IMG/VR virus record: IMGVR_UViG_3300035633_000512
Span: 1-53,120 of that record
DNA from: a virus
Lineage: Duplodnaviria; Caudoviricetes
Strand: one strand, 5' to 3'
DNA: 53,120 bases
Part shown: positions 25,524 to 35,865 of the stretch, piece after piece
How positions within the stretch are numbered: position 1 is the first letter of the stretch
Layout of the letters: each line of letters opens with the position of its first letter
Program-made: the position numbers and the translations under genes
Notes under the pieces: model-generated
What the model was told of the DNA's origin: nothing
The model's input: the letters and a program-made list of their open reading frames with translations, nothing else
Databases searched by the model: none

Positions 25524-27560
25524 ATGGGGCTCTTTGCCCTCAACCTTCATACGCAGGAGTTCCAGCTGGACCCTGGATTCCTGGCCGACTACGCCAGTCG
25601 TCCGGTCAACTGGGGGCCCGTCGGCTACGTGGTCTACAAGCGCACGTATGCGCGGTTCCAGGACCCGAAGCGTCCAGGAGGCGCGTTCCGTCTCACGCCA
25701 GTCGGCGACTCCGAGGAGTGGTGGCAGACCGTCGCGCGTGTCGTCGAAGGGACCTATCAGATCCAGCAGCGTCACTGTGACATGAGTCGGGTCAACTGGG
25801 ACCCGGACAAGGCGCAGGCCAGCGCACAGCGGATGTACCAGCTGATCTTCGACTTCAAGTTCACCCCTCCTGGTCGCGGCTTGTGGATGATGGGCACACC
25901 GTACATCCGCGAGCACGGCTCCGCCGCCCTGAACAACTGCGCCTTCGTTTCCACTGAGAATATTGACCAGGACTTCAGCGAGCCTTTCATCTTCTTGATG
26001 GACATGTCGATGCTCGGTGTGGGCGTTGGCTCCGACACCCGCGGAGCTGGGCTCGTCACGATCCAGCGTCCGGTCGTGACGAGTGAGACGCACTCCATTC
26101 CGGACAGCCGTGAAGGTTGGATCGATGCTACGCGTCGTGTGCTCGAAGCCTACGTCGGAGGCGCGAACCTCCCCAAAGCCTGGAGCTACTCCGAGGTCCG
26201 TCCTGCCGGTGAGCCCATCCGCGGATTCGGAGGGACAGCCGCTGGTCCTGAGCCCCTGCGACGTCTCCTCGAAGAGGAGCTGCCCGTCATCCTGGAGCCA
26301 ATGATCGGAAAGACGATCGACGCATCGACCATCGTCGACATCCACAACGTGATCGGCAAGTGCGTCGTCAGCGGCAACGTTCGGCGCTCGGCGGAGATCA
26401 TGTTCGGCGAGCCGGACGATATGGACTTCCTTCGGCTGAAGGACCCCGAGGTCGCGGGCGAGCGCATGGCGGGCGAGAACTCGTGGCGATGGGCGTCAAA
26501 CAACTCCATCTTCGCGACGGTCGGCATGGACTACGACCTGGCCGCGGGCTTCACGGCAAAGGCCGGTGAGCCAGGCTACCTCTGGCTGGAGAACTGCCGC
26601 GACTTCGGACGCATGGTCGACCCGCCCAGCTACGTCGACCAGCGTGCCATGGGCGCCAACCCCTGCGTCGAGCAGACCTTGGAGTCCTATGAGCTGTGCT
26701 GTTTGGTCGAGACGTATCCCGCACATCACGAGACCGTCGAGGAGTTCGAGGAGACCATCAAGTACGCCTACCTGTACGCCAAGACCGTTACGCTGCTTCC
26801 GACCCACAACGAGCGCACCAACCGGGTCATGACTCGGAATCGCCGCATTGGTCTGTCGCAGTCGGGCATCGTGCAGAACGTCGCGAAGCACGGGTGGCGC
26901 AAGCACTTCGAGTGGTGCGACCGCGCCTATGGCGTCGTGCAGTCCTGGGACCGCATCTACGCCGAGTGGCTGGGTGTCCGTCCGTCGATCAAGACCACAT
27001 CGGTGAAGCCTTCAGGGACGGTGTCCAAGCTCTGCGGAGCCACGGCCGGTATCCACTACCCGATCGCGGAGCACTACATCCTGCGCATCCGGTTCTCGAA
27101 GACGAGTCCGATGGTCGAGCAGCTGCGCGCCGCGGGCTATCCGGTCGAGCAGGACGTGTACAACCCGGCGACCACCATGGTGGCCGAGTTCCCGGTGAAG
27201 GAGCCTTACTATTACAAGGCCGAGGCCGAGGTCTCGATGTGGGAGCAGCTGTCGGCTGCCTACCAGATGCAGAAGTGGTGGTCCGACAACCAGGTGTCCT
27301 GCACCATCAAGTTCGACCCGGCGACAGAGGGGCCCAGCATCGCGTCTGCGCTCTCCCTGTTTGACGACGGTCTGAAGGGCATCAGCTTCTTGCCGCACGA
27401 CCACGGCTACGCTCAGGCGCCTCAGGAGGCCATCACGGCCGAGGAGTACGAGCGCCGCGTGGCGCAGCTGGCGTCGGTCACGTTCCAGGGCGAGACCGCC
27501 GAAGCGGTTGACAAGTTCTGCGACGGCGGCGCCTGCACCGTCGACTTCTCGCAGTCCTAG
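25524..27560 (+). CDS. nrdJ: Class II (adenosylcobalamin-dependent) ribonucleotide reductase, monomeric RTPR type
   Basis: YKRTYAR, PPGRGLW, LNNCAF, GVGVG, VVSGNVRRSA, ANPCVEQ, CCLVE, VKPSGT, C-terminal FCDGGAC. Start uncertain. Confidence 0.93.
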   Translation: MGLFALNLHTQEFQLDPGFLADYASRPVNWGPVGYVVYKRTYARFQDPKRPGGAFRLTPVGDSEEWWQTVARVVEGTYQIQQRHCDMSRVNWDPDKAQASAQRMYQLIFDFKFTPPGRGLWMMGTPYIREHGSAALNNCAFVSTENIDQDFSEPFIFLMDMSMLGVGVGSDTRGAGLVTIQRPVVTSETHSIPDSREGWIDATRRVLEAYVGGANLPKAWSYSEVRPAGEPIRGFGGTAAGPEPLRRLLEEELPVILEPMIGKTIDASTIVDIHNVIGKCVVSGNVRRSAEIMFGEPDDMDFLRLKDPEVAGERMAGENSWRWASNNSIFATVGMDYDLAAGFTAKAGEPGYLWLENCRDFGRMVDPPSYVDQRAMGANPCVEQTLESYELCCLVETYPAHHETVEEFEETIKYAYLYAKTVTLLPTHNERTNRVMTRNRRIGLSQSGIVQNVAKHGWRKHFEWCDRAYGVVQSWDRIYAEWLGVRPSIKTTSVKPSGTVSKLCGATAGIHYPIAEHYILRIRFSKTSPMVEQLRAAGYPVEQDVYNPATTMVAEFPVKEPYYYKAEAEVSMWEQLSAAYQMQKWWSDNQVSCTIKFDPATEGPSIASALSLFDDGLKGISFLPHDHGYAQAPQEAITAEEYERRVAQLASVTFQGETAEAVDKFCDGGACTVDFSQS

Positions 27561-27568
27561 CCCACCTG

Positions 27569-27615
27569 ACGCGCGAGGAGGTACCCGATCAAGTCGCGGG
27601 CCTCCTCGCGTGTTA
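27569..27615. terminator. Hairpin after nrdJ
   Basis: GACGCGCGAGGAGG...CCTCCTCGCGTGTT inverted repeat. Confidence 0.6.
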
Positions 27616-27712
27616 GCCCCGACCGAGCCCGGCTACGTCAGGACCCTCGGGCCACCCAACGGGCCATGATGGCCCGATAGCCTTGGCGGCTGGTCCGCGA
27701 GGTTACCCTCAG

Positions 27713-27743
27713 TCGGCCCCGGAGATGCCGGTCACCGTACTAT
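27713..27743 (+). promoter_or_regulatory. Putative late promoter TCGGCCCCGGA-N10-ACCGTACTAT, copy 1
   Basis: Same bipartite motif and spacing recur at 47070-47100; both copies head structural gene runs. Confidence 0.75.
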
Positions 27744-27753
27744 TCCGGTGACC

Positions 27754-28110
27754 ATGGCGACCCCAAAGCAGGCAGCCGACAAGAAGACCGAGGACTACTG
27801 GACGAACTACTTCGGCGAGTATGGCCGGATGTTCGTTCGGGAAATCCCGCGTGTCATCAAGGCAGCGGTTCTCCCCGACTTCCGCCGCACCGCGAACGGT
27901 GAGCAGCGCCGAATCGAGGTCAAGGCGTCTCAGGTGGTGCCGCTTGGCTACACCGTCACCGCGGAGAACGGGCTGCACCTCGACGGTGTCGTCCGAATGA
28001 CCGTCGCGGAGAAGGGCGAGCTGCGCACCGCACAGCGTCTCTTCCACGCCGAGTTCAACGCGGACGGCGACCTCGCGGTTCTGAACACGCGAAAGGCGCC
28101 GGTGGCCTAA
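27754..28110 (+). CDS. Putative head-associated protein
   Basis: First gene after the late promoter; shares an ADKKT...Y..Y.G.YG...IPR module with 31799..34132; has KQA, RTA and RTAQ motifs. Confidence 0.75.
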   Translation: MATPKQAADKKTEDYWTNYFGEYGRMFVREIPRVIKAAVLPDFRRTANGEQRRIEVKASQVVPLGYTVTAENGLHLDGVVRMTVAEKGELRTAQRLFHAEFNADGDLAVLNTRKAPVA

Positions 28111-31100
28111 GTGAAGACGCTCGAAACGCTGCGCCGCCTCGGCGGCAAGTCCCCTCGTTCGCCCTTGGCCGACGTGGCGTCCGAGCTGGTCGCCCGCGTG
28201 AACGCTGCCGAGGAGCAGCGCATGCACGAAGCCCACGCCCGCCAGGCCTCCCTGGGGGGTGGCGCCGGCCCCATCCTCTCCGTCCTGAAGAAGCGCCTCG
28301 CAGAGGCCAACGCCGCCAGCCTGGTCAACAACGCGGCACCGGCCATCACCCGCGCAGACTTCCACCAGCTGCTGCGTGAGGCGTCCTCGAAGGAGCCCAA
28401 AGACCGCGGGCTCGGTCGAGCCGCAACCCACGCATACCGTCTCTGGTCCAAGGAGGCGACAGGCGCCCTCACTGTCGGTGACGTCGCCCGCTTCCGCGCC
28501 CACTACCACGAGGAGTACCCGCGCTCCAAGGTCGCCTCGGTCATCGACACTGAGGTCCCGAAGCTCGGCTTCAACGTCCTCCCGGCCGCCAAGCTGGCCC
28601 GCATTGCCGCGCAGATTCAGCGCGCAGGCGGCGACCAGGCCGCGTACAACGAGGCCATGGTCCAGTACGGGCTCGACCAGCAGACGGCGCACGCTTTCCG
28701 CTGCCGCGCCTTCGTGCGCGCTCTGGTCGCAGCGTCCGACGAGCACGAGGCCGAGGACGAGGGCCATGGTGAAGAGCGCATGGCGCGTCGCCTGAAGGCA
28801 CGCCTCGCCACCGACGAAGACCCCATTCTGCGCCGCTTCGCCCAGTTCGAAGAGGACGACGGCATGCTGGAAGAGGCCGACGAGCTGCACTTCGATGAGG
28901 AAGGCAACGTGGGCTCCGAGCAGACCGTCGACTCGCCGATCACCGGCGAGCCGCTCCACATCGAGCTGGAAGAGGGCAGCTCCGAAGACGTGCCCGAAGA
29001 AGACATGACCGCGGGCGGTCCTCTGCCCCAGGGCATGGAAGTCATGGGCCAGCTCGAAGACTTCGCCCCCGAGTCCGTCACGGTCATGGAGGACCCGACC
29101 GACCCCGACGGCGGCGAACTCGAAGTCACCGTCCGCCCGCTCGACGACGCGGGTCCGATGCCCGAGCCCGACGACGCTCCGGTCGAGCTGTCCGACGAGG
29201 ACATGACCATCATCGGTCGTCGCATCGCCCGCGGCATGTGCGGCAAGTGCGGCGGAGACCACGGCATGCACGAGGCATGCGCCTCCCGCACTGCCGACGA
29301 TGAGCGCGAGTTCACTGACGATGACATCGAAGCGTGGGAAAAGTCGGTCGAGCACTACGCCGGCGCCCAGCAGTACGCCGTTTACGCCTCGGTCAACGGT
29401 GAGATGGGCAAGAAGCCCATCGACAGCTTCCCTGCCGTCAGCATGTCCGCCGCTCTGAAGCGCATCGCGCGCCACGGCGTGCGTGGTCAGCTCCTCGGCA
29501 ACCCGGACCGTCTCGGCACCGAGTGCTACGTCGAGCTGCAGGACGGCAACCATCTTCTGATCCGCGCTGCGGAACAGCAGCCCGAGCTGAAGGGCAAGGA
29601 CGAGGCGTTCGAGCCGGACGTCCATGACCAGCAGCCGGACTCGCTCTCGGTCACCGACGACATCCTGCTCGGCGACAAGACCATGGGCAAGCAGCACCAC
29701 CCGTTCGCCGCTCTGGCCGACTCCGTCCTCGACGGACGTACGGCGAAGCGCGCCGGCTGGGAGCTGCAGGTCAACGGCGACGCCGACGTCGTCCTGACCT
29801 ACCAGGGCAAGCAGAAGCGCAAGGCCTCCCTCGGCGAGCTGGACGAAGTCGTTCGCGAGTTCGTGGACGCGTCGGCGCCACCCGCGCCCCGGCAGCTCCA
29901 CTACGCCGCCCACAAGCACACCGCCTCCGGTGAGTACTTGGTGGTCACGGACGTCCCCGGAGACACCGAGGACCAGCGACACAACGCCAAGCGCATCCTC
30001 CACGCGATCCAGAAGGTCATCCCTTCAGCGCGCGGTGTCCTCCGCAAGGACGCCAAGCTGCAGTTGAAGTTCGCCGCCGGCGAGCCTGAGCTGGGCCGTG
30101 TGCGTCGCATCCTGGAGGACCAATACCGAGCCAAGGAGTACCGCATCGCGCAGGTCGACATGCCCCCGAGCCCCGGCTCGACCGCCAATGAGGGCACCGC
30201 TCAGCTGACCCCGGCCGACCCGAACCAGCTGGTGCAGAACCCTCCGGTTCCTGCCGGCACGGTGCAGCAGCCTGCCGCCCCCGCGGCCCCCGCCCAGCAG
30301 CCGGCCCAGCCGGCTCCGGGTGGCTACGTCGGGCCGCCCCAGGCTGCCCCGGCCGCACAGCCTCAGGCCGCCAAGACCACCAACCGCGCGGTCGAGGGCA
30401 GCTGGCTGATCACCTTCAAGGACCCCTCGGGCAACACGGCCGAAGCGCCCGTTCAGGCACGCACCGCAGGTGTGGCCAAGGACCTCTTCGAGCGCTTCAA
30501 CGACGACTGCGAAGTCGTCAAGGTTGCGCAGTTCATGGAGGTCGCGCCCGGTGAGCCCATCGGCGGAGGCGAGGACGTCCCGCTGCCGGTCGCCGACATG
30601 CTCGACGCCGAGTCGGTACCTCCCGATTCAGGTGCACCAGCACCAGCACCCATGGGCATGGATATGGGGGGCTCGTCACTCTCTCCTGAGGAGAACGACG
30701 CCCTGCGTGCAGCCCTGACCCACTACCGCAACCAGGGACTGGGCCCGATGTCTGCGCTCGACCAGATCGCGTCGCAGTACCAGGACCTCCTGTCGCACCA
30801 CGGCGATAAGACCGACACGCAGCGCCACGACATCGAGGCCGCCATCATGGCGATGGTCCCCGAAATCTGGGCGCAGCCGGCCCTGCTCGACAAGGCCGCG
30901 CAGATGCAGCAGGTCATTCCGCAGGTGCCCGAGCAGATCATCGAGGGCAAGCCGCTCGGCTTCGCGGACATGAACGAGCCGCAGAAGTCCTCGGTCACGC
31001 TCGTTTATCTGGACAACCCGGTGCAGGATGACATGCAGGCCAAGAAGAAGTTCATGGCCAACATGCACCGCGTGATGACCATGACGTCGCGTCTTCTCGG

Positions 31101-31812
31101 CGCGGACCTCCACGTCGAAGGCAACGTCAACTCGCTGGTCTGGGAGCTGCAGGGTGCCGACGCTGACAAGGTCAAGGAAGAGCTGCAGCCCTACACCTCG
31201 CAGGGCATCCGGTTCCAGGTGAAGAAGCGAGCCCAGCTGACCGGCAACGAGCCTGCCGTGAACACGCAGCAGCCGGACTACGTCCAGGTGCCTGCGGACC
31301 TCGGTCCGGACTCGGAGACCGACGACGCGGCGTCCAACGCTGTCGAGGCGCCCAAGGTGAACCAGCAGGTTCCCGCGCAGTCGCAGCCGGGCACCTCGGA
31401 CTCGGTCGAGGCGGGCGCTCCGCTCGGCTCGGACTCCGAGACCAAGGACCCCGGAAGCTTTGGCGCACCGAAGCCGAAGGCGCAGCCCGACCAGCAGCCT
31501 CAGCAGGGCGAGTCGCACGCGTCGACCGAAGGACCGGCCGCCGGTCTGGGAGCCGACTCCGAGACCGACCCGAAGATCCACAAGCACATGGACGATGTCG
31601 CGGCCCGTGCAAGCGGGGCCACGCGCAGCGCAAACGCGCGCCTCGACCAGCTCTATGAGCTAGGAGAGCGCGTGACCAAGTCGGCTGGCCTGAAGTCGTC
31701 TGAGGAGCTGTACGCGAACGCGGAGGTTCAAAAGTTCATCCGCGACCACGGAATCGACAAGAACGCGGCCCTGGACGTGGTGCGCGAGGTTCTGCCGAAT
31801 GACGCTGACTGA
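28111..31812 (+). CDS. Large acidic putative internal head protein (1233 aa)
   Basis: Long ORF with strong codon bias, acidic and Pro-rich linkers, many K/R-x-A-Q motifs and LGxDSET repeats. Confidence 0.8.
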   Translation: MKTLETLRRLGGKSPRSPLADVASELVARVNAAEEQRMHEAHARQASLGGGAGPILSVLKKRLAEANAASLVNNAAPAITRADFHQLLREASSKEPKDRGLGRAATHAYRLWSKEATGALTVGDVARFRAHYHEEYPRSKVASVIDTEVPKLGFNVLPAAKLARIAAQIQRAGGDQAAYNEAMVQYGLDQQTAHAFRCRAFVRALVAASDEHEAEDEGHGEERMARRLKARLATDEDPILRRFAQFEEDDGMLEEADELHFDEEGNVGSEQTVDSPITGEPLHIELEEGSSEDVPEEDMTAGGPLPQGMEVMGQLEDFAPESVTVMEDPTDPDGGELEVTVRPLDDAGPMPEPDDAPVELSDEDMTIIGRRIARGMCGKCGGDHGMHEACASRTADDEREFTDDDIEAWEKSVEHYAGAQQYAVYASVNGEMGKKPIDSFPAVSMSAALKRIARHGVRGQLLGNPDRLGTECYVELQDGNHLLIRAAEQQPELKGKDEAFEPDVHDQQPDSLSVTDDILLGDKTMGKQHHPFAALADSVLDGRTAKRAGWELQVNGDADVVLTYQGKQKRKASLGELDEVVREFVDASAPPAPRQLHYAAHKHTASGEYLVVTDVPGDTEDQRHNAKRILHAIQKVIPSARGVLRKDAKLQLKFAAGEPELGRVRRILEDQYRAKEYRIAQVDMPPSPGSTANEGTAQLTPADPNQLVQNPPVPAGTVQQPAAPAAPAQQPAQPAPGGYVGPPQAAPAAQPQAAKTTNRAVEGSWLITFKDPSGNTAEAPVQARTAGVAKDLFERFNDDCEVVKVAQFMEVAPGEPIGGGEDVPLPVADMLDAESVPPDSGAPAPAPMGMDMGGSSLSPEENDALRAALTHYRNQGLGPMSALDQIASQYQDLLSHHGDKTDTQRHDIEAAIMAMVPEIWAQPALLDKAAQMQQVIPQVPEQIIEGKPLGFADMNEPQKSSVTLVYLDNPVQDDMQAKKKFMANMHRVMTMTSRLLGADLHVEGNVNSLVWELQGADADKVKEELQPYTSQGIRFQVKKRAQLTGNEPAVNTQQPDYVQVPADLGPDSETDDAASNAVEAPKVNQQVPAQSQPGTSDSVEAGAPLGSDSETKDPGSFGAPKPKAQPDQQPQQGESHASTEGPAAGLGADSETDPKIHKHMDDVAARASGATRSANARLDQLYELGERVTKSAGLKSSEELYANAEVQKFIRDHGIDKNAALDVVREVLPNDAD
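31300..31566 (+). repeat. Three LGxDSET peptide repeats
   Basis: LGPDSET (31300), LGSDSET (31423), LGADSET (31546). Confidence 0.8.
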
Positions 31813-34132
31813 CGAGAACTTCCTCTTCCCGGCTGAACGGGAAGAGGCGCCCCGCTTCGACTTCCGGACTGCGCTCCGCGGGGTCGGCGACCCCATGCGC
31901 CGTGCCGGCCACGACTTCTTCAGCGACTTCGACGGGACGCCCGTCCCTGACTCGGGGGAGCCCTTCCGCGTCGGAGACACGGTCGAGTACGTAACGCCCG
32001 ACGAAGTCCGTCGGGTGGGCACCCTTCTGCGTCCGCACGACGAGCAGAACTGGCTCGTCCAGGTTGACGAAGGGTTGCAGCACATCGTTCCGCACAGCGA
32101 ACTGCAGCCGTCCATGCGGACCCCTCGTCACGCTCAGCGGGCACGCGCTCAGGCCGCACTGCAGCGGACGTCAGACTGGAAGATGCGTCGTCAGCCCGAG
32201 GCGCGCGAGGACGGCACCACGCTCCTCACCATCGACGTGGGGCACGGCCGCGTTGCTGAGGCTGAAGTCGAGGCCTACGTGCGCAATGCAGGCTACGAGC
32301 CGCGCGACGCCAGCCGCTCGGGCAACCTCCTGCGCGTCATCGCCCAGGACTTGCCTCAGCCCAGCCCCTCAGAGCCTGACCGCGGCGCTGAGCCCGGGCT
32401 GCACCGCGAGGAGATCGAAGGCACCGGCATGCCGGAAGGCAAGCAGGTCTGGTCTGCGCTCGAAGCTGCAGGCTTTCAGCTCGGCGCCATGATCGATGAC
32501 GGCGCGGTCATCACCCGCTCGTTCACCGTTCCGCACAAGTACCTGACGCCGGCCGGCCGCGTCACTGCGAGCCTTTCGGTTGACTGCTCGCCCATCAGTG
32601 GGCACTTCGAGTACTCGCCGTCGGACGACACACTGCGCCGCTTCGTCTACACCGCAGAGGGTACCGTCGAGATGCCGTACTCTAGCGGCACCGGTCCGCA
32701 GTCGACCCGCGAGGACTACTCGGGCGGCTTCGCGGACGGCGACTACGTCGTGAAGGCGGAGTCGGAGGCTGAGCATCAGATGGACGCCGCCGAGTCTCGG
32801 GGCGACATGACCACCGAGGCCGCCGACAAGAAGACCAAGAAGTACTACAAGAAGTACTATGGCCCGTACGGTGAGAAACTCACCCGCGACATTCCCCGTC
32901 GCGTGAAGAAGGACTCGGAGCTGGCGGAGGCGTTCCGCTCCACTGCAAACCGCGCCCCGACGCCCGAAGAGATGACGGCCATTCGCGCCATCTGCACGGC
33001 CGGTGTCGTGTCGTGGCTGTCCCCGCGTCACGCCCAGAAGGTCGAAGCGCGTGACCTGGTCAAGACGCTCTTGAACGCCGCAGGCCAGAACCTCGCTATC
33101 AAGAAGCAGCTCGACCGCATCGTGCTGAAGCAGATCGGCACGGACCCGCAGGCGTTCCTGGGCCGCGTCGACCCGACCATCTACCCCCGCATCCTCTACA
33201 GTGAGGTCACCGGCGGTGAGTCGCAGCGTCAGCTGATGAAGCTCTACCGGCAAAACCAGGACCAGCGTCCCGCAGACTTCGGCTCGCCCGAGGACTTCCA
33301 GGAGGGTGGCAGCCCCGCCGCGCCGGGACGTCAGGTCGACCCGTCGCAGGGCCCCAGTTTCGGCGAGCGGGTGCGCGACACGGCACGCGGCATCGGCGAC
33401 GCCGTGAAGTCGCGGATCCCGGGAACCCAGCAGCACCAGGACCGCCTGGTGCAGCAGGTCGAGGAAGACGACTACCAGGACGAGCTGGCCCGCTCGCAGG
33501 TGGAGCCCTCTCCGCAGCGTGCACCGGCCGCTCCAGCCCGTCAGCCCGCCCCCCGCTCGGACACGGTCCGCGACTCTGGGCCACCCGCTGCGGCTGCGCA
33601 GGGCTCCGGCACTTCGCGTGCGGAGGCGGAAGCGCTCCTGGCCCAGACCGACATCGGCGAGAGCCTCGCCCCGGCGGCTAAGGAGCAGGCCATCCAGCAG
33701 ATCATGAAGCAGGGCCCGGACGCCTTCAAGTCGAAGACCGGCGTCCTCGCACGTGCGGCAGCTGCAGGCGACAAGGCACCGGCCCCCGCCGGCGCTCACA
33801 ACCGCCAGAAGCCGCTCGGACACCAGGTCCGCCCGAAGCTGGACCGCATCACGGCGCAGGGTCAGTACCTCTGCATCGACCTGGTCTGGGACCCCGAGGA
33901 GTGCCGCGGCATGTCCTCAGGCAACATCCGGCACAACGTGGTCACCTGGATGAAGGGTCTGGCCACGCTAAAGGAAGACCACCCGGACCTCGGCACCATC
34001 GGCAAGCCGAAGTTCAAGCTCTTCGACCCCGAAGCCGGTTTGGCTCGACTCCTCGTCCGCTCCTCGGAGGGCCGCTCGTTCCCGCAGGAGCTGTTCGAGG
34101 TGGAAGGACGAGACAATGACACCCGAGCCTAA
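31799..34132 (+). CDS. Modular putative head protein (777 aa)
   Basis: SH3-like FRVGDTVEY segment, two PRHAQ motifs, ADKKT module. Confidence 0.78.
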   Translation: MTLTDENFLFPAEREEAPRFDFRTALRGVGDPMRRAGHDFFSDFDGTPVPDSGEPFRVGDTVEYVTPDEVRRVGTLLRPHDEQNWLVQVDEGLQHIVPHSELQPSMRTPRHAQRARAQAALQRTSDWKMRRQPEAREDGTTLLTIDVGHGRVAEAEVEAYVRNAGYEPRDASRSGNLLRVIAQDLPQPSPSEPDRGAEPGLHREEIEGTGMPEGKQVWSALEAAGFQLGAMIDDGAVITRSFTVPHKYLTPAGRVTASLSVDCSPISGHFEYSPSDDTLRRFVYTAEGTVEMPYSSGTGPQSTREDYSGGFADGDYVVKAESEAEHQMDAAESRGDMTTEAADKKTKKYYKKYYGPYGEKLTRDIPRRVKKDSELAEAFRSTANRAPTPEEMTAIRAICTAGVVSWLSPRHAQKVEARDLVKTLLNAAGQNLAIKKQLDRIVLKQIGTDPQAFLGRVDPTIYPRILYSEVTGGESQRQLMKLYRQNQDQRPADFGSPEDFQEGGSPAAPGRQVDPSQGPSFGERVRDTARGIGDAVKSRIPGTQQHQDRLVQQVEEDDYQDELARSQVEPSPQRAPAAPARQPAPRSDTVRDSGPPAAAAQGSGTSRAEAEALLAQTDIGESLAPAAKEQAIQQIMKQGPDAFKSKTGVLARAAAAGDKAPAPAGAHNRQKPLGHQVRPKLDRITAQGQYLCIDLVWDPEECRGMSSGNIRHNVVTWMKGLATLKEDHPDLGTIGKPKFKLFDPEAGLARLLVRSSEGRSFPQELFEVEGRDNDTRA

Positions 34133-34376
34133 GACCAAGCTCGTCAGCCGGTCGCGTACGGCCTTGTCCATCGAGCTGAACTCGTTGGTGCCCAAGTCGT
34201 CGCCCCGCATGCGTCGCGCTTCGCCCTACGCCATGGTGCCACTCAGCCTGAAGCCGATGGCCTCCGTCGACCTGAAAGACGTCCTGAACTGCGACGCGAC
34301 AGAAGCTGCTCGCGTCATCGAGCGCACGCCTCAGGTGCAGATGCTGCTCCGACGGGGGCTGCTGGAGGTTATCTGA
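34116..34376 (+). CDS. Small hypothetical protein
   Basis: 86 aa; TGATG coupling to the next gene. Confidence 0.7.
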   Translation: MTPEPKTKLVSRSRTALSIELNSLVPKSSPRMRRASPYAMVPLSLKPMASVDLKDVLNCDATEAARVIERTPQVQMLLRRGLLEVI

Positions 34377-35161
34377 TGGTTGCCGGCTTCCCCGAGATCG
34401 TTCAGCGGCAGCCGAAGTGCAAGCTCTGCCAGCTGACTGAGACCAACCGTGGCCTGTTGAAGCTGGTCCACCGGTTCCGCTACGAGGAGCAGCTCGGCAA
34501 TGACGCTCTACGAACCAAGGTGCGTGGCGTCTTCGAGCGTCAGGGCATTGCGTGCCCGAGTCCTCGGTCCTTCGGACGTCACTTCGACGACCACGTCGAC
34601 TTCAGCCGCCTTCCGGACGACGACGCTCTGGCCATGCCCGAGACGTTGGAGGTCACGCTCAACCGGCTGGAGACAGACGCAGGTGAGCTGCGCCTCGCGG
34701 ACCCTGAAGACCTCGCGCTCGGGCGAAACAACTCTGACTACCATCAGCTGACGGCCCTCTTCATGCGACTGCAGCGACGCATCGAGGCCTTGGACCAAGA
34801 CCCCACCGCGTTTCAAAACGCGGACGGCTCGCACTCCTTCAACAAGCTCGGCACCTGGGCGTCGCTCATCGACGGCGCGCGCAAGATCGTCGAAGGCTTG
34901 AACAAGATGCGAAACGGCGACCGGATGACCGTCTCCATCTTGGAGCAGCACACGAAGCGTTTCGCCACGGCCATCAGCCGCCCTGTCGCCCAAGAGCTGC
35001 GCGTCATTCAGGGCATGCTCGAAACCTCCGCAGACCCCCAAGCCCGACAGGCAGCTGAGGCGATTTCCCAGTTGCTGAATGTGGGGGTCTCCACCATCAT
35101 GACCGACGCGGCCGTCCAGTCGCTGCGCGATTCCAAGGAAGCGTACAAGCTACTGAACTGA
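34376..35161 (+). CDS. Putative terminase small subunit or DNA-binding protein
   Basis: N-terminal CKLC...RHFDDH with an HTH-like segment, helical C-terminus, upstream of terL. Function is inferred. Confidence 0.45.
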   Translation: MVAGFPEIVQRQPKCKLCQLTETNRGLLKLVHRFRYEEQLGNDALRTKVRGVFERQGIACPSPRSFGRHFDDHVDFSRLPDDDALAMPETLEVTLNRLETDAGELRLADPEDLALGRNNSDYHQLTALFMRLQRRIEALDQDPTAFQNADGSHSFNKLGTWASLIDGARKIVEGLNKMRNGDRMTVSILEQHTKRFATAISRPVAQELRVIQGMLETSADPQARQAAEAISQLLNVGVSTIMTDAAVQSLRDSKEAYKLLN

Positions 35162-35295
35162 GTCATGCGCTTCCTAAGTATCAGACCGCTTGAAGACCGA
35201 GCGAGCGCCGCTTCGGCGAGACCCCTTCCAGCCACGTCAGGTGACGCGACGCGCCTGAGCAGTGTACAGTAGAGCACGTCGCAGGAGACCAAGAC

Positions 35296-35865
35296 ATGAG
35301 CTTCCCCAACGCATTCACCCTCACCAACCTCGCGTCGCGCGCCCTCGCGCTCGACGCCAAGTTCTCCGAGGACCGAGCCCTCCGCCGGAGCCTTCCGGTC
35401 GGCGGCTCGATCACCTTGGCCCCGAGTGACCTCGACGGTGCAACCCTCGACGAACTCGACCGCAACCCCCAGATCGCGCAGCTGATTGCTGACGGCGACC
35501 TGTCGATCACCATGACGCAGGGGCCGATGGTCAGCTTCCAGCTGGAAGTCGCAGCCGACGCGGGCACCGACGCTGCGGGCGTCCTGCTGCTCGGCCCCGT
35601 GCCGTTCGACATCCGCCTGACCCAGGTCACCGTCGACGTCCCGACCGGCGTCACATCCTCGACCCTGACCCTGGCGGACGCAGCCAGCTCGGGCAACGCC
35701 TACACCGGCGCCATCGACACCGACGGCACCCCGGCGTTCATCGCAGCTGCGGCGCTCACCGAGAACCGAGTCATCGCCAAGGGCAGCTCGCTCTTCGGAC
35801 AGCAGTCGGCCACCGCGAAGCCCGCCGTGACCATCACGCTTCAGGGGATGCGCGTCAGCATCTAA
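35296..35865 (+). CDS. Putative virion structural or decoration protein
   Basis: AGGAG RBS; Ala/Thr/Gly-rich beta-type C-terminal domain. Confidence 0.65.
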   Translation: MSFPNAFTLTNLASRALALDAKFSEDRALRRSLPVGGSITLAPSDLDGATLDELDRNPQIAQLIADGDLSITMTQGPMVSFQLEVAADAGTDAAGVLLLGPVPFDIRLTQVTVDVPTGVTSSTLTLADAASSGNAYTGAIDTDGTPAFIAAAALTENRVIAKGSSLFGQQSATAKPAVTITLQGMRVSI

